Notes: generated from the sequence alone by a model not told the origin. A DNA stretch of 64,000 bases from Antedon mediterranea (GCF_964355755.1 NC_092676.1:6611888-6675887), one strand, 5' to 3'. Counted from the first letter of the stretch, positions 43,230 through 57,040 are shown. Numbers and translations: made by a program.

Positions 43230-43760
43230 ATGGAAAAACAAAAAATGAAAAGTGTACATCGACAACAAAGAATGAAAAAGAAAAAGATAGCGCTGCGACA
43301 AACAGACGGAGGAGCGTACAAGGTGTTCGTGACCGACTCTTGCCATGACGAAAACACCGGAGGATGGGACGGTTGCGCTTACACAGGCTTTGTTTGGGTA
43401 AACGAAGAAGAAAAATTAGGTGACGTTGAGCCGTACACCATCAGCGTGTATATCGATCACACGTTCAAAGACAGCGGAGAACCGTGTTGCCTAAAAGGGC
43501 GATACACGACATTTCTGGCGAGTGACTTCACTCTCACTTGCGTAGTGGAGGATCTGCGAAAACCGTTCTACGCCAGTCACGGAAACACAGCAGTCACTGC
43601 GGTGATAAGAAAGGGGCAGCGAAGGATAGCCGCGTCAGCTAAACTTTTTCACGAACTGTCTTGGACCAACCTGACAGGGGAGCAGATCGATCGAAGTGGC
43701 AGTTTTATGGCCGTCGTAAACGCCACGAAAAGGTCAGGCTGCAAAGAAACGATTCTGTAA
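43230..43760 (+). CDS. Orphan ORF, 176 aa, unknown function
   Basis: GC-richer than its flanks with complex composition. Part of it (EEKLGDVEPYTISVYIDHTFKDSGEPCCL) has a diverged copy at 44635-44719. Confidence 0.4.
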   Translation: MEKQKMKSVHRQQRMKKKKIALRQTDGGAYKVFVTDSCHDENTGGWDGCAYTGFVWVNEEEKLGDVEPYTISVYIDHTFKDSGEPCCLKGRYTTFLASDFTLTCVVEDLRKPFYASHGNTAVTAVIRKGQRRIAASAKLFHELSWTNLTGEQIDRSGSFMAVVNATKRSGCKETIL

Positions 43761-46700
43761 CACGATTATTATGTTTTTTAAATTTTGTTTTGGCATAAAA
43801 CAACAGGAGGAGGACAATGTCATTCTTTTGGCATAAGAGTTGTTGCGGCAAATTGAAAAAAAAACACCGAAAGATGATTATAGGATGCCTGCAAAAGTAG
43901 AAAATGAATTCACAAGAATTTGTTAATTTATAAAAAAAAGATGGAATAAAATTAAAGCATTACAATTTGAAGTTTTTTGTTGTTTTTTGTTTTGTCAATT
44001 GGGTTTTCTGCAAGTCCCATAATAATATACACCCTCTTTCCCACATCAGGTAATAATAAGAAAAATTTAACCAATTTGCAATTTTCAATAATGCAACATT
44101 ACAAGCACTGTAGTACTGTAATAGTTTTAGAATTTGTTTTGTTTAATTTAAACAATTTAAACTCCTCTGGAAGCTAAAACATCTGTTTTAAAACAATATT
44201 GCAGTCTTCGAAGTGTTGATAGTAGTGTTGCAGTATTCAATTCTTGTTATCCTGAATCAACTTGTCTTTATTGTCAGTATCTGTCACACCCTCTGTCATC
44301 ATTTTCACCTGCAAAAGATTTGTTAAAAACAAAAACAAAACAAAAATTTAAAAGAGTAGATGACGTGCGAGATGTGGGGGGGGGGGGGGGGCGCAGGCTG
44401 TGCGAGTGTCGTGCCTATAATATGCCGCACATCTTTATCGTCTGTTTACCTCATTTTTTTCCAATCTCCAATGTGAATAGACTTTGTCTTTTTTCTTCAT
44501 TTTTTTAATCTCCAATGTCATCATTTCCGGGTGTGTTTCATTACTCTTTCCTGCAAAAGATTTATAATATACATATATATATACAATTCCTACTACTTCT
44601 ACAATTCCTACTACTTCTTACATTTCATTTACAGAAGAAAAATTAGGTAAAGTTGAGCCGTACACCATCAGCGTGAATATCGATCACACGTTCAGAGACG
44701 GTGGAGAACCATGTTGCCTATAAAAAGGGCAATTTTAGGCACATATTTGAATGCATCTTTAAAAAAAAAAATCATACCTACTACATGTTTGAATTTTGAA
44801 AACCGGTTAAGTTAATCACACGATAAAATTTAATCCACTAATCTATATAAAAAAATAGAAATATTGTATTTGTAGTTTGTTCACCTGCACATTTTTTTAC
44901 AAAATATTTTATTGCAATGCTGTATCCATATCGAGTAAAGAATATTACTCCATGCTGTATTGCTGTACTGCTGTATTTTTATTAAAATTATATAGTAGTG
45001 GTTGCCTTAAATAGTTTAAATATTTACACATTATTGACAGTTATTTTTTTTTTTAAATCAGTATACAACCAGAAATAATTTGTGTACAATTATACTGTCT
45101 GTGATGCATTCACTTGAATAGATCCAAGATACAATAGTATGAATGTCCAGCTGACCTTGCCTAGTAACTGTTTATTTATAATCCCATTAGCAGAAGTAAT
45201 TAATCACAGTTAGTAGTGCATTTAAGCCCTACCAGCACAAAATAAGGAGAGATTTCTCTATATTTATTATAAACACATGTCTACCAGCAATTGATTTAAT
45301 ATTTAAACTGTACTGAATTGCATTATATATTGCACTAACATTTTCACGCTGCTGCATGCTCTAGCCCGCTACGTCCCATTAGGACTACTCAATCAGAAGC
45401 TAAAGCAAGCAGCAGTTATAGTTCTAAGGACAGACAGTTTTGTGAAAAATTTATCGATTCCAGCTGCTACAGTAGAGCCAAAAAACGTCTGGGAAAGAGT
45501 CTATTAGGACATTTCATGCTAAAATTACAAATCCCTAAGACAGTCCATTAAAGTTTGTGTTTGTAAAAGGATACTTCACAATTGAAATATCTAGGGTGAT
45601 GGAAGTGACACCCAGATTTGACCTTAGCAATAAAATTAACTAAAGTGACAGAAATTGAGTATTCACTTCTGTAAAGTGTAACAAAAAAATAATATTTATT
45701 CACATATAAAAAAAGAAAAGAACCCAAAAACCATTGTCTGACAGACAATTTAAGTATTTGTTGCTTTAAATTACATTTTATTCAGGTAAAATAACTATTA
45801 TGTGACAATAAAATGACACATTAAAAAACATTTGAAATAAAAAATATTTTTCAATAAGTGAGCAGCGTTTTTTGTAAGAAATATTTCTTGTTTATGCTAG
45901 GAATAATTTTTAGAAAATCTAGCATAATTAAATTCAGTTATTTACTATATCTAGTGTATAATTTACACTTTATATTGGTGGTAGTAATTTGTGGGTTAGT
46001 GGGATATAATTGATAGGGCTAAAAAGGTGACAGTATTAAACAGCTTACAAAAATACAAATTTACAAAAACAGCACTATTAAAATATATTTTTTATAAATA
46101 AGAAATATATTTGTGGCACATGCAAGTGAAATGTGTCGCGTGTGTAGTAGATTTGTAGAAACAAGCCAAAAACAAGAAAAGACTGATGAAAAAATCATCA
46201 TCGCATGATAAAAATTTAAACCAAACTTTATGTGTACGAGAGTATACTCCAGAACGATACAGTACTCTCGAATGTCAGTTTATTGCAATTTACAATCTAC
46301 ATATAGAAAATACATGTAGTTTGTTTACCAACGTTTTTTTTTAAATATTCAATTGGTTTTTTTTTTATATCAATAATGCTGTATCCATATCGAGTAGTAC
46401 CTTAATTTACAGTTGCCATTCTAGTCTGTATGTAATAGTGTGCATTTTTTTTTGGATTTTTAAACTTAGTTTTATATTTCTTTTAATTAATTTTACATTT
46501 TATTTGTTAACACTTCAATGATAAGTTTTCTTTAAATTAATTCTTAGTTTGTAGTTTGTACACCCCCAATTCCTAACATCTAGAAAGAATATGATATTCT
46601 GTCAACTGTTCACTAGGTTGGTATATTGTGGAATTCATAATCGCTCTAATGGGATTTCTAATGGAGTTACTATAAACAAGTGTTGCTGTCCAGTGGTCCA

Positions 46701-46884
46701 TTTTGACCTAGCTTTAACTGAAGTGACACCACCACAGAGATATAGTTATAGTTATACTACTACAGAACTGAACACAAAGAACGAAACGAGAGTTTTTGTT
46801 TTCAATTATTTGGCCATAAAACCAAGAACCAGCTATCTTCCCTACGTTTTTTAGATCTAATTTAAGATCAAAAACTATATTTAA

Positions 46885-47514
46885 AGCCCCATTCCCTACG
46901 TTTTTTAGATCTAATTTAAGATCACAAACTATATTTAATGTAAAAATAATACTATATGGTCCTATTGCGATAACTTTTTTCGTCTTTAAACGGTTAAAAA
47001 TGTGAAAAATAAATCGATTCTAATAATTATAGCGACCGGCCCGCTATAAATCCCAAAATGCATTGCGCGCGGATTGATATTTTTGTTTTTCACCTGTAAT
47101 TCGCCCACTTTTCGATCGATCGTGAAGCCAAAACAAATGGAAGACTCCTAACTTTTCAGCGAAAATACCGGGTTTTCTCCAATTTGTATCAACGGAGTCT
47201 GGCAAAAATAGAAAGACAATTAATGCAGCAACTATACAACGTCAGGCTAGGTATATAGCTAGCGTACGATGTTCGTACGTTATCGATGTTTACCAGCTAG
47301 GCCTACAAAACTAAGCCTAGCTAGGCTAGGCCTAAGACCGTCCACGAGAGGTCGATCGCCGCGAGCTACTTAGGTAGTGCATTGTTTCTCACTTTTTATC
47401 ATAATTTACCATAAAACGTACATTTAAGACAAGGAATGACATGGTTTAATGTTTTTAAAGTGATATATATGTACTATTTTCCAAAAAACGTCCAAAATTG
47501 CAGGGAAGGGGTCT
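46885..47514. mobile_element. Kolobok-like non-autonomous element inserted at TTAA inside a fragment of its own family
   Basis: ttaa|AGCCCCATTCCCT..AGGGAAGGGGTCT|ttaa. The flanks 46838-46884 and 47515-47553 reconstruct its own internal sequence. A related fragment lies at ~23020-23230. Confidence 0.8.
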
Positions 47515-48984
47515 TTAATGTAAAAATAATACTATATGGACCTATTGCGATAAATTTTTGTGAAAAATAAGTCGATTCTAATAAGTCCACCCACCCACTT
47601 CTTAATAATTTTAAGAAAAATGAAAGTTCAGCACTTTATTTCAAAATTGTATAAGCCCTTTTTGTCCTCATATTTTAAGATTATGAATCAGCCACAAGAA
47701 TAACAATCGAGGGGCCAATCAATGATGAAGCGCATCTTCCCTCATTCTCTTCATTCCAGCCCTGTCGCGTCATCCTAGGCCTACTACTACGCGCACCGTG
47801 CTTTCGCTTAAAACACACATATATTCAACTCCTTATAGAATTTGTTTGAAAAATATCACCAAGCTTATTTTTGGAAATCTTAGAAAATACATATAATACT
47901 ATATTATAGCGTTTTCAGAAGTTCATTTAAAAATTCCAAATTAATGTTAACTATTTTAACAAACTAGTTAGTTTTCACTGTCTTGTTTTCGTCGTATGAC
48001 TCGCTTTGTTTACGCTTGGCTTAGACGTTTATCTTAGAATTCAAATAAATTAATCCATAATCAACTAAAATTGGTACTGTTGTAGTTTTTGTTTAATATA
48101 AATATTCCTAATACAGAGAAATCAATTAAATAGCAATATAATTTAATATAAACGAGTTAAAAAGGAAATTTAGACAGCCTATAAAACACGGAAGTCAGAA
48201 CTCGCGTCGCTCGAAATGTTCGGTAACTTTCTATTTATAGCCTCCCCATTTTTCGCTATTTGACGTGGATGTGTCTTATTTTATATAGGAGGTGTCCTAT
48301 ATTATAACTAATCTAAAGAATAAAATAATAACAGTATTTAAATAAAAAATAATGAATACTAATATTTTTCAACTTACCGAAATTCCCAAGAAATAAAAAC
48401 AGTGTTTTATGATCGGATGATGTCGACATCTCAGGGTGTGGGCATCAATCCAACCTATTATTAAATATTATTACACAGAGTACGGATGATGAGAAACCTC
48501 AAGCCTTAATTACTCTTTTTGTTTGTTTCGGGAGTGTCCACAACATAACTCACAGCAAATAAACTGCTAAAAAAAAAAAACTTCATCGGCTGGAATAACG
48601 AAAATATAAACGACGATATGAAACCGGACAAGTCTAGTAGTAGGCTTCGAATTATAATTACTCATCTGATGAGGAGTCGTGTGCGAAGTGGTCAGCAATT
48701 TTTTTTTTAGGGAAGGATTGAGAGACGCCAAAGAAGTGGGTGTGGCTTAAAACAATCTCTTCAACCAATCGAAGTACCAGAATGATTTTGCCAGGCGGTA
48801 ATGGGAAGATTGTTGTTGGTGTGTTGATTTATTTATAGATAGATCCATCCATTTTCACCACGGTCAAGAAAGTAATTAATCTCTTCTAATCTGGTTCTAA
48901 ATGGACATTTGTTTTTAGAAGAATTTTGGAGTCAACAAATGGATCATGTGTTTGTTTTTTGACCATTAACCAAAGAAACGTTTG

Positions 48985-49250
48985 GTGTATTGGACACTAG
49001 ATATAAGTGGGGTGAATAGGTACTCTGACTGAATGTTTGCATCATGAAACAAAGGTGTAGTGTATTGGACACTAAGATAGGCCTATAAGTGGGGTGAATG
49101 GGTCAACGTCTCTGACTGAATGTTTGCATCATGAAACAAAGGTGTAGTGTATTGGACACTAAGATAGGCCTATAAGTGGGGTGAATGGGTCAACGTCTCT
49201 GACTGAATGTTTGCATCATGAAACAAAGGTACTGTAGTGTATTGGACACT
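48985..49250 (+). repeat. 87-bp minisatellite, ~3 units
   Basis: tctgactgaatgtttgcatcatgaaac at 49024, 49111 and 49198. Confidence 0.9.
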
Positions 49251-49849
49251 ATACATTAGGCTATTCTACATTTATTTAAACTTTTAAATTTTATTTGGGC
49301 GTGAACGTACGTCTCTGACTGAAATGTTTGAATAGCCAAATAAAAAGTTTGCGGTACGAACGACAGGTATCTTACTTTTTGTTCTGAAAAGAAGTGTTGA
49401 GTTTTAAATAATTTACAGAGATGTACACCAATCTTTCTCTGCAACATTAACTACAATATATAGTGAAAATTAATAAACAAAATTATAAAGCAACAATTCA
49501 GAGTGAATTGCTAAGCTTTTAATGCTATAAGGGAGATCCAATAGACACGTTTCGCGCTCGCGAGGTCACCGTCAGTTTGACCTTTTAGTGAGTATACAAT
49601 GGTAAACAAACACAGCGAGAGGTATGTTGGATCAGGTGCCGTTTTCGGCCACATCGACTTATATGGACTATACCATTATTATGCTAGGGGTGTGGTGTAT
49701 TATGTTTTATGTATAGAAGGGTGTCTATTGAATGGGAAGACAATACGATTGTTCTGTTATGTAACCTACAGTACAAACTACAAGGAACAATACAAAACAT
49801 CAAAAACTAGCAATGCATGTACTTTTTATAAGGCATGTTATTATTAGGT

Positions 49850-50716
49850 ACTGTGTTAGGGAATACCAAGATTTTGTAACAATATTATTTACTATATTAA
49901 CTAAAGATATTTTAAATAAAAAAAATTTTATAGACAAATTTAATAAAGAACCATCTACTAACTGGAAAACCCATTTAGGAAAAATAATAAAACAAGTTGA
50001 TCATAACGAGTGGTTTTTAAAGGCCCAAATGCAAAACGAAATTCCATCCAAAACAACGTTAACGGAATATACTATGTATAAAGGAACTCCAAACCTTGAA
50101 CAATATGTGTTAGATAAAACTAATTTTAGGAGTATCAATTTAAAATTTAAAGCAAAATCAAACTCTTGAGGGTCAAGGATTATGTAAGATGTGTAGTACT
50201 AACGAAAACAGTAAACCAGTTTTTATTTAAATGTCCTTCATTAAACTCTGTTCACTTTATGCTAGACAATTTATTCACTGAAAATGAAACATTCCTTGAT
50301 TTTTATTGTAAAAAATATTTAATGAAAGCATGGGTTACTAGATCTACAATGTTATCAGCATTACCTCTCTCAACTAATTGATTATAGTAAACAGAAATCC
50401 AGTAAACAAGCTACAGACATCTCTATGAGGATGTATCTGTAAGTTTGATTTATTTATTAGGCCTATCAGTGTATTTTTGTTGTTCTGTTTTTATTTTTGT
50501 AGTTATATATATTGTACAATTTACATATTATGTATTTTCATTCAGATCTAATTAATTAATTAGTTTACATTTTGTTTTGATGTTATGTATTAGTATTTAG
50601 AACTTTCTGGCTTATGTTATTTGTAATTTTGTCTGTAAATTGGATGCACCATTAACTGATAAATGTGTGACACCGATATAAAGGTGATTCCTATGAATAA
50701 ATAAATAAATAAATAA
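49850..50716 (+). mobile_element. Old degenerate LINE 3' fragment (RTE-X-like C-terminal zinc knuckle, (TAAA)n tail)
   Basis: LEQYVLDKTNFRSINLKFKAKSN, then C..C..ETVNQFLFKCPSL across frameshifts, and (taaa)n at 50698-50716. Confidence 0.55.
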
Positions 50717-51149
50717 AAACTATATAAGTAGGTATACTTACTTATTATATATAAAAACTAAACTAAACACTACAGTATAATCAAAAGTAAAGCATATTAA
50801 ATACTAGGCCTATGTTATTCCTATCTGGATTTAAACACTTCAAATTTAGTACAATCGGATTCGAAATTAGAAAATCTTAAATACTACAATACAATCGGAA
50901 TTAAAACATCCTAAATACTACAGTACAATCGCTATTAATATATCCTACTAAATACTACATTACAATCGGTTAAATTACCTAAACTCTATAATGTTGTGAA
51001 AGATGTAAAAGAATGTTGGCAAATGCATTCTAATCGGCCCAATCATAGCGGTAGATAAATCATATTTTTTATTTTCTTGAACTAAACATAAATAAAACGA
51101 AAGAAATAAGGATTGATTTTCGAAAACATAATTGCAGGTCTGACAGTAT

Positions 51150-51590
51150 ACATTAATTAAAGTAAAGGAAGTAGAGATTGTTAACAATTATAAGTATCTG
51201 GCAGTAGTGTTTGACTAAAGCTTAAATGGGTGGACATGTTGATCGTAGTTAAGAAGTTAAATACAAGGCTGACGTACTGCTTGAGGAAACTTGGTTCTTT
51301 GGGGTAAAGCAGGATATTTGTACTATAGAATGTTTATGTTTTACTAATCAGTGATGTTCTATTTGGGAATATTGTATATTGGGCTAGGAATATCAGTAAG
51401 GGAATGTAAAGGGGATAAAGACCGAATTGAGAAGGTGCTGGGTAGAGCGTGGAAAGTAATTGGTTTGTCTATGCAAATGCTTGACTCGTTCTACAGCGAA
51501 CGGCTTGCCGATGTATTCCATGTTATATTGGAAGACACCAATCATCCTCTTCATGGCGACATTAGCAGCTCCGTTTTGCATTCGCTATTA
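51150..51590 (+). mobile_element. Degenerate Rex1/Babar-like LINE RT C-terminal fragment
   Basis: EVEIVNNYKYLAVVFD, KKLNTRL..LRKLGS, DKDRIEKVLGRAWKVIG, ILEDTNHPLH. Confidence 0.7.
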
Positions 51591-52160
51591 TAACGTTTTG
51601 ATGCAAACGTTGGTCAATTAGAACATGTATTTCTACACAGAAACGTTTAAAAACGTGTTTAAAACGTTTTAGAAAAACCAAACCTAAAAACACGCAATGT
51701 CAAATGCTGTGTTTTCTGGGAACAAAATGGTACAGATTCATTGACAAAATTTTATTGTTTATTTGTTTTACTGATTACCTAATAATCAGTATGTTAAGAT
51801 CTTATTAAATGTACTACTGTCATCTTTATTAAATGTACTAATGCGTTAGGTAAATTATATTTGTAACTGGAATAAAAACTTTCTTTATATACTTTTTGTA
51901 TTTATAAATCTGTAAAAATTATATAGAAATAAAGAGCCATAATATACTGCATTAAGTTGAAAACTGAAGTTTATTTTACAGCATGCAGGGCGTAGTTGTT
52001 TTCCCTTTGTTGCTGAAACATAATGCACTAAACAAAAGAACAAAAGCAGCAGTATTTTAACACATTAACACACTCAATTAATAAATGGGACACCCCTATT
52101 TTCCCATCTTTTTATAATGGTATAGTCCATACAAGTCGAGGTGGCCGAAAACGGCACCTG

Positions 52161-53790
52161 ATTCACTGTAGAATTATTTGGGCATTTGGTTCGGAATCAT
52201 CGACTTTATTTATGTATTGTCATTTTTGGTTTGACACACATATATATACGGTGCATTTAATACATGTTAACTGTTGATTTCATTTACAAATGTTGCGTAA
52301 GTATATTAATTATTATCTTTCATTTTTATTCATGCTCCTATTGCATCTTCCATGTATTGTGATGTTCTTCGGCGCTTAAACAGACACCCATGCCTCCTAG
52401 GCCTAGTAGACGAAGTACCGCATCAGGCAACGCCACCGGGCGGGCGGAGAGACACGAGCACATCGTGGACGTACCTTTCCTTGAAAAATTTCCAAGATTT
52501 TGCGCCACTATCCTTCGGAGCCGACGCAAACCACTCAGCAAGTGTTTTAAAATTAAAAACAGGAATATTATTCAGTGATTTTGTGTAGTTAAATTCACGA
52601 TTTATCCAACATATTATACAACATTTATGATGCACCTTGCAACAAAAGCACTCGGCAGTCGCCATTTCGCTATGCCTCAACACGCACTAGAGGCGAGAGG
52701 TGTTCGGTTTGTTTACAAATCTATACCCACTATTTCTGATTGGTCGCGAGCGCGAAACGTGTCTATTAGTGAAGCTAAATAATGACCTTGAAAATTTGGA
52801 TGAGTCTGCAACATGGGAACATTTTATAAATGCTGATTTTAATGCAAAAAAAAACATACTATAGTTTTAGGGGGTGTGAGGGGATATTAACTTTTCGAGG
52901 ATTTTTGCACCAATGCGTAACACTTGTGTCGTCCTACGGTGGCATCGACCAGTTTGATCAGAAGACTGGTTTTTCGGGGGGTCTAAAAACATATCCTTCG
53001 CCTTGTCCCACGCACTGGAATTTCAAATTCGGAAAAACGAGATCCGTTGTCGTCATGGCATTGCCGACTTCATCGATGATTATCTTGTTGTTTGTATTGT
53101 CGCACATCAATTATTGTACCACATTCAACATTTACTTTTAATTTGATTATTTATACATCCTTTATATATCTCTTTATTTAACCTCACATTGACAGGTTAC
53201 CTTCACTTTTCTAGCTAATGGATTTTAAGAATGTTAATTACTCTAACAGAAAACCACATTAATTCTCTTAATCCTAATTGGTCAGATGAGATGGGTCAAG
53301 CCCAATATTACCATGCACTGACCACATTATTAACACACTCTTTTCTCTTAGCTACACCGTTTATTGCATTGTCTTATCAAATACTGTATATTGTATATTT
53401 TATCTATTTATTGAGAATCCTCACTTGATTCACTTGGAATAAATTGCATAGTTTACTGTATACATTTAGTAGTTGTTTTATTTTAGAATGGCACAAGCGC
53501 AAGTTGTGATGTTCGTATTAGAAGAAAAACTAAAAAAATTAGAAAAAGAAAGAAACAATTTAAAGCAATTGGTGCTTCAACTGAAGCAGAAAAACATTAG
53601 ATTGGCAGCCGAACAAAGACAATTAAATCGCCGCTTGCAAAGGCGTGCAGGGGTGATATCATATTTATAAAATCAGAATTATCATCTTAACAGAAGAATA
53701 GAGGAAGTAGAAGAAGAAGTGAGACCAGATGAAGAAAATATATCAATATCTCAGAAGAAGAAGAAAATATCAATATCGCAGAAGAAGAAG

Positions 53791-53821
<31 letters not shown>

Positions 53822-53836
53822 GGTAACGGAAGAAGA
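52161..53836. repeat. Copy B (empty site) of the orphan-ORF block
   Basis: Colinear with copy A but lacks the MITE and the Gypsy element. The empty site reads ccatgcactgaccacattattaacacactc at ~53311-53340. Confidence 0.9.
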
Positions 53837-53984
53837 AGAGCAATGACGATGAAGTTGTATTAATCGAATAACTGTAAGTAATTTGAAATAATTTTAAAAT
53901 TAAATAACATATTATCAAAAGTTTTAAATTTCATTCAATTTGTTATCTACGAAAGCCCATTAATGCCATTTTAAGTATATGTTT

Positions 53985-54277
53985 TTCGAACGTAATCCGT
54001 TCTAACAAATTAGTAATTCGTTTGAACAGATTAATAATCTGTTCAAACGAATTAGTAATCCGTTCAAACGAATTGCAACATATACAACAAGTGCCATTTA
54101 AAGTACAGTATATGTTGTAATTCGTTTAAACGGATTACTAATCCGTTCAAACGAATTGCAACATATATTACTAATTTGTTTAAACAAATTAATAATTTGT
54201 TCAAACAAATTAATAATTTGTTTCAACGGATTAGTAATCCGTTTGAACGAATTAGTAATTCGTTTAAACAAATTAGT
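53985..54277. repeat. 21-bp-unit direct/inverted repeat patch (MITE remnant)
   Basis: Variants of aacgaattagtaatccgttca and aacggattactaatccgttca. Confidence 0.7.
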
Positions 54278-54363
54278 ACTATCACTTATTGAATATTTAT
54301 TTTCAGATATTTATGGCGAAGACGGGCGAAGACTCGTTGGACGAGAGAAAAACACCATATTGC

Positions 54364-54421
<58 letters not shown>

Positions 54422-54470
54422 ATAGTAGTAGTAGTAATAGTAGTAGTAATAGTAGTAGTAATAGTAGTAA
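54364..54470. repeat. (AGT)n microsatellite
   Basis: Direct reading. Confidence 0.95.
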
Positions 54471-55840
54471 GAGTACTTATAGTAATTACTATTAAAAAAT
54501 CAAAAGAAAAAAAATAAATGATTTGTGTGATTTAATAATATAGTTTCTATAATTTATATAGACGATAATTTTCAAAAGATGGCGACGGACGTATTCTTTA
54601 TTTATTTTTATTTTTTTTGCAATGACATTGATACCGTTTTAATACGTACACATTTTGACAGTCTGACGGCGACACGTATTAACCTTTGTGGTTGGTGCAC
54701 GCTTTATCATCCTCCTCGATAAATATTATTGTTGAAGATGTTTGTTTAAGACTTGCTGAAACTCCCATTTTCTCTTGTTTGTGCACTGTATTTTACTTGA
54801 CTTATCCTGATTGGCCAAATCCTACTTTTGTGGGTGTGTTAACAACATCAAACCAATCGTAATAGCGTATTTTTGTTGAGGGCAAACAAAAAACACACCA
54901 TCTATAAAATATTTTGTTTTTTTCCAAAAGTTGGTAGTTCGTACTTTCGGTACTGATTTTAACCATCGGATATAATATGTAACCCTGTTAATTAAATTGA
55001 TGTTAGATATAATTAGTTATTGATAATAATTAAAACGAATTTAGGTTCAACGACGATTTTGTTCCAAATAGGGGGGATGTTTTCCGATCGTCGTGTTGGT
55101 ATGTAGTAGTAGTTCATAATGGATGTCTATCATCTTGAAAAAATACCCGCACGCAATAAATACGAGGATGTGTATGTATTAATTACTTATAATTAACAAA
55201 TCGACTATAATAGTTACAGTGACAACAATTAAGTATTCAATCGTGTTTTACTGTATTTATTATTTATTTATAGGCCCTATTATAAACAAGAAATATTTCT
55301 TACAAAAAACGCCGCGTAACTTTTAGACTGGACAGTTGTAAGAACAGTCTTCATTAATCTAATACTGTATAATAGGTCGGCCAATCAAAACGCAAGTGAA
55401 TAATTGAGACTTTACTTGTGATTTATGTCATTGGCCTGTCAGCACAGTCGTTTCTTTCTAGAATTAAACGCACAAACTTGTATTGGGAATAATGTATGTG
55501 GTTATTACTATCGCATTTAGGTATTGATAATAATAATAATATGGCTTTTGAATATATAATTACTGTCTGTAGAATAACATTTATACATTTTCAGTTCGCG
55601 ATGAAAGTTATATGAATGGATTTGTAATAGGTATTTATAATAATAGTATATGGGTTGTATTATTGCTAAGCTACTGTATCACCAAATCGCGTTATAACAT
55701 TATTTCTCAGGATTTTTTGCACCATTGATTAATACCAAACGCGTATCGGTATTATAGTTTTTAATGAATCATTACATTAATAAAAATACCCAATTAAATC
55801 AATCGCGTCAGTCCAATACCGACTTATGTTTCGATCACAT

Positions 55841-55994
55841 AGTTCTGTGTCTACACTGTCCCAACTAGTTTAACAAAAAAAGTGTGATGTGCCCAAATAT
55901 GGTAGTGATATGCCCGAATATCGTAGTGATATGACATCGTCATGTCTATATAATATGGAAACATCATATTTAGTTTGATAGTATAGACAGAGCT
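55841..55994. mobile_element. Short TIR MITE (family of 6200-6328)
   Basis: tctgtgtctacact..agtatagacagagct with gtgatgtgcccaaatatggtagtgatatg interior. Confidence 0.6.
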
Positions 55995-56024
55995 TAATGA
56001 TTATATTTAAAAAATGTTTTCTTA

Positions 56025-57040
56025 CATTTTGAAAAAAAGTATTTATTTGTTTATAAGCCCAATTTTCCAGTCTTAATTTTACATTTTGAAAAAAAGTATT
56101 TTATTTGTTGATAAGCCCAATTGTGCAGTCTTATTTTACATTTTGAACGAAAGTATTTATTTGTTGATAAGCCCAATTTCCAGTTTAATAATAATGACCC
56201 CTTCCACAGTGCTTATACCATATACATTTTACATGATATTGACCGTGGGTTCTTTACGCCTCTGATGCATTTGTTTTTATTGTACCTTTTTAATACATTA
56301 TTATATGTTTAGGCCTAATCACACCCAATTTAATGAAACGGTAAGATTCCGATTTCAATTGAACGAAAGTAGTACTGTATTTAGTATTCATTGATAAGCC
56401 AAGGGTCCCATGGCGTTAGCCGATATCTTGAGCATTTGACTCATGTGTCAACATGTAACACAAATCATTCTTCAAAATCTAAAGAAAGAACCTCACACGT
56501 CTTTTTTGTGAGTGATACACTATGGATATGCCCACGGAAATAATATGTGGACATTGCAAACAATCATAGGCCTACAGTAACAAACATAACATGGCTAATA
56601 AGACTTGTTTGTTTTCTAGTGGATTTTTATTTACTTTAGCATGTAGAATAAAACTAGTAACAGTGGCTATATTAATAATTATACTGATTATCCTTGATGT
56701 TATCGCGTCTAATAATAAAATATTTTGTTGTTGATAAGCCCAATTTTTCAGCCTTGATTTTAAATTTTGAACGAAAGTATTTATTTGTTGATAAGCCCAA
56801 TTTTGCAGTCTTAATAATGACCCTTCCACAGTGCATTTTACATGATATTGACCGAGGGTTTTTACGCCTCTATAGCCACTGATCAATACCATAATTAATG
56901 TACTTTTTTAAATGAATATTGAAATGTTTCAACATACCCAATTCAAAAACACGGTCCGTTTTCGAGTTCAATCTTTTGATTAGAGAGGTTGGAGTTTCAT
57001 TTTGAACGAAAGTATTTATTTGATTGATAAGCCAAATTTC
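56025..57040 (+). repeat. Cluster of ~7 dispersed or tandem ~40-60-bp repeats
   Basis: Core ttttgaacgaaagtatttatttgttgataagcccaattt, with 56100-56262 also repeated at 56725-56870. Confidence 0.75.
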
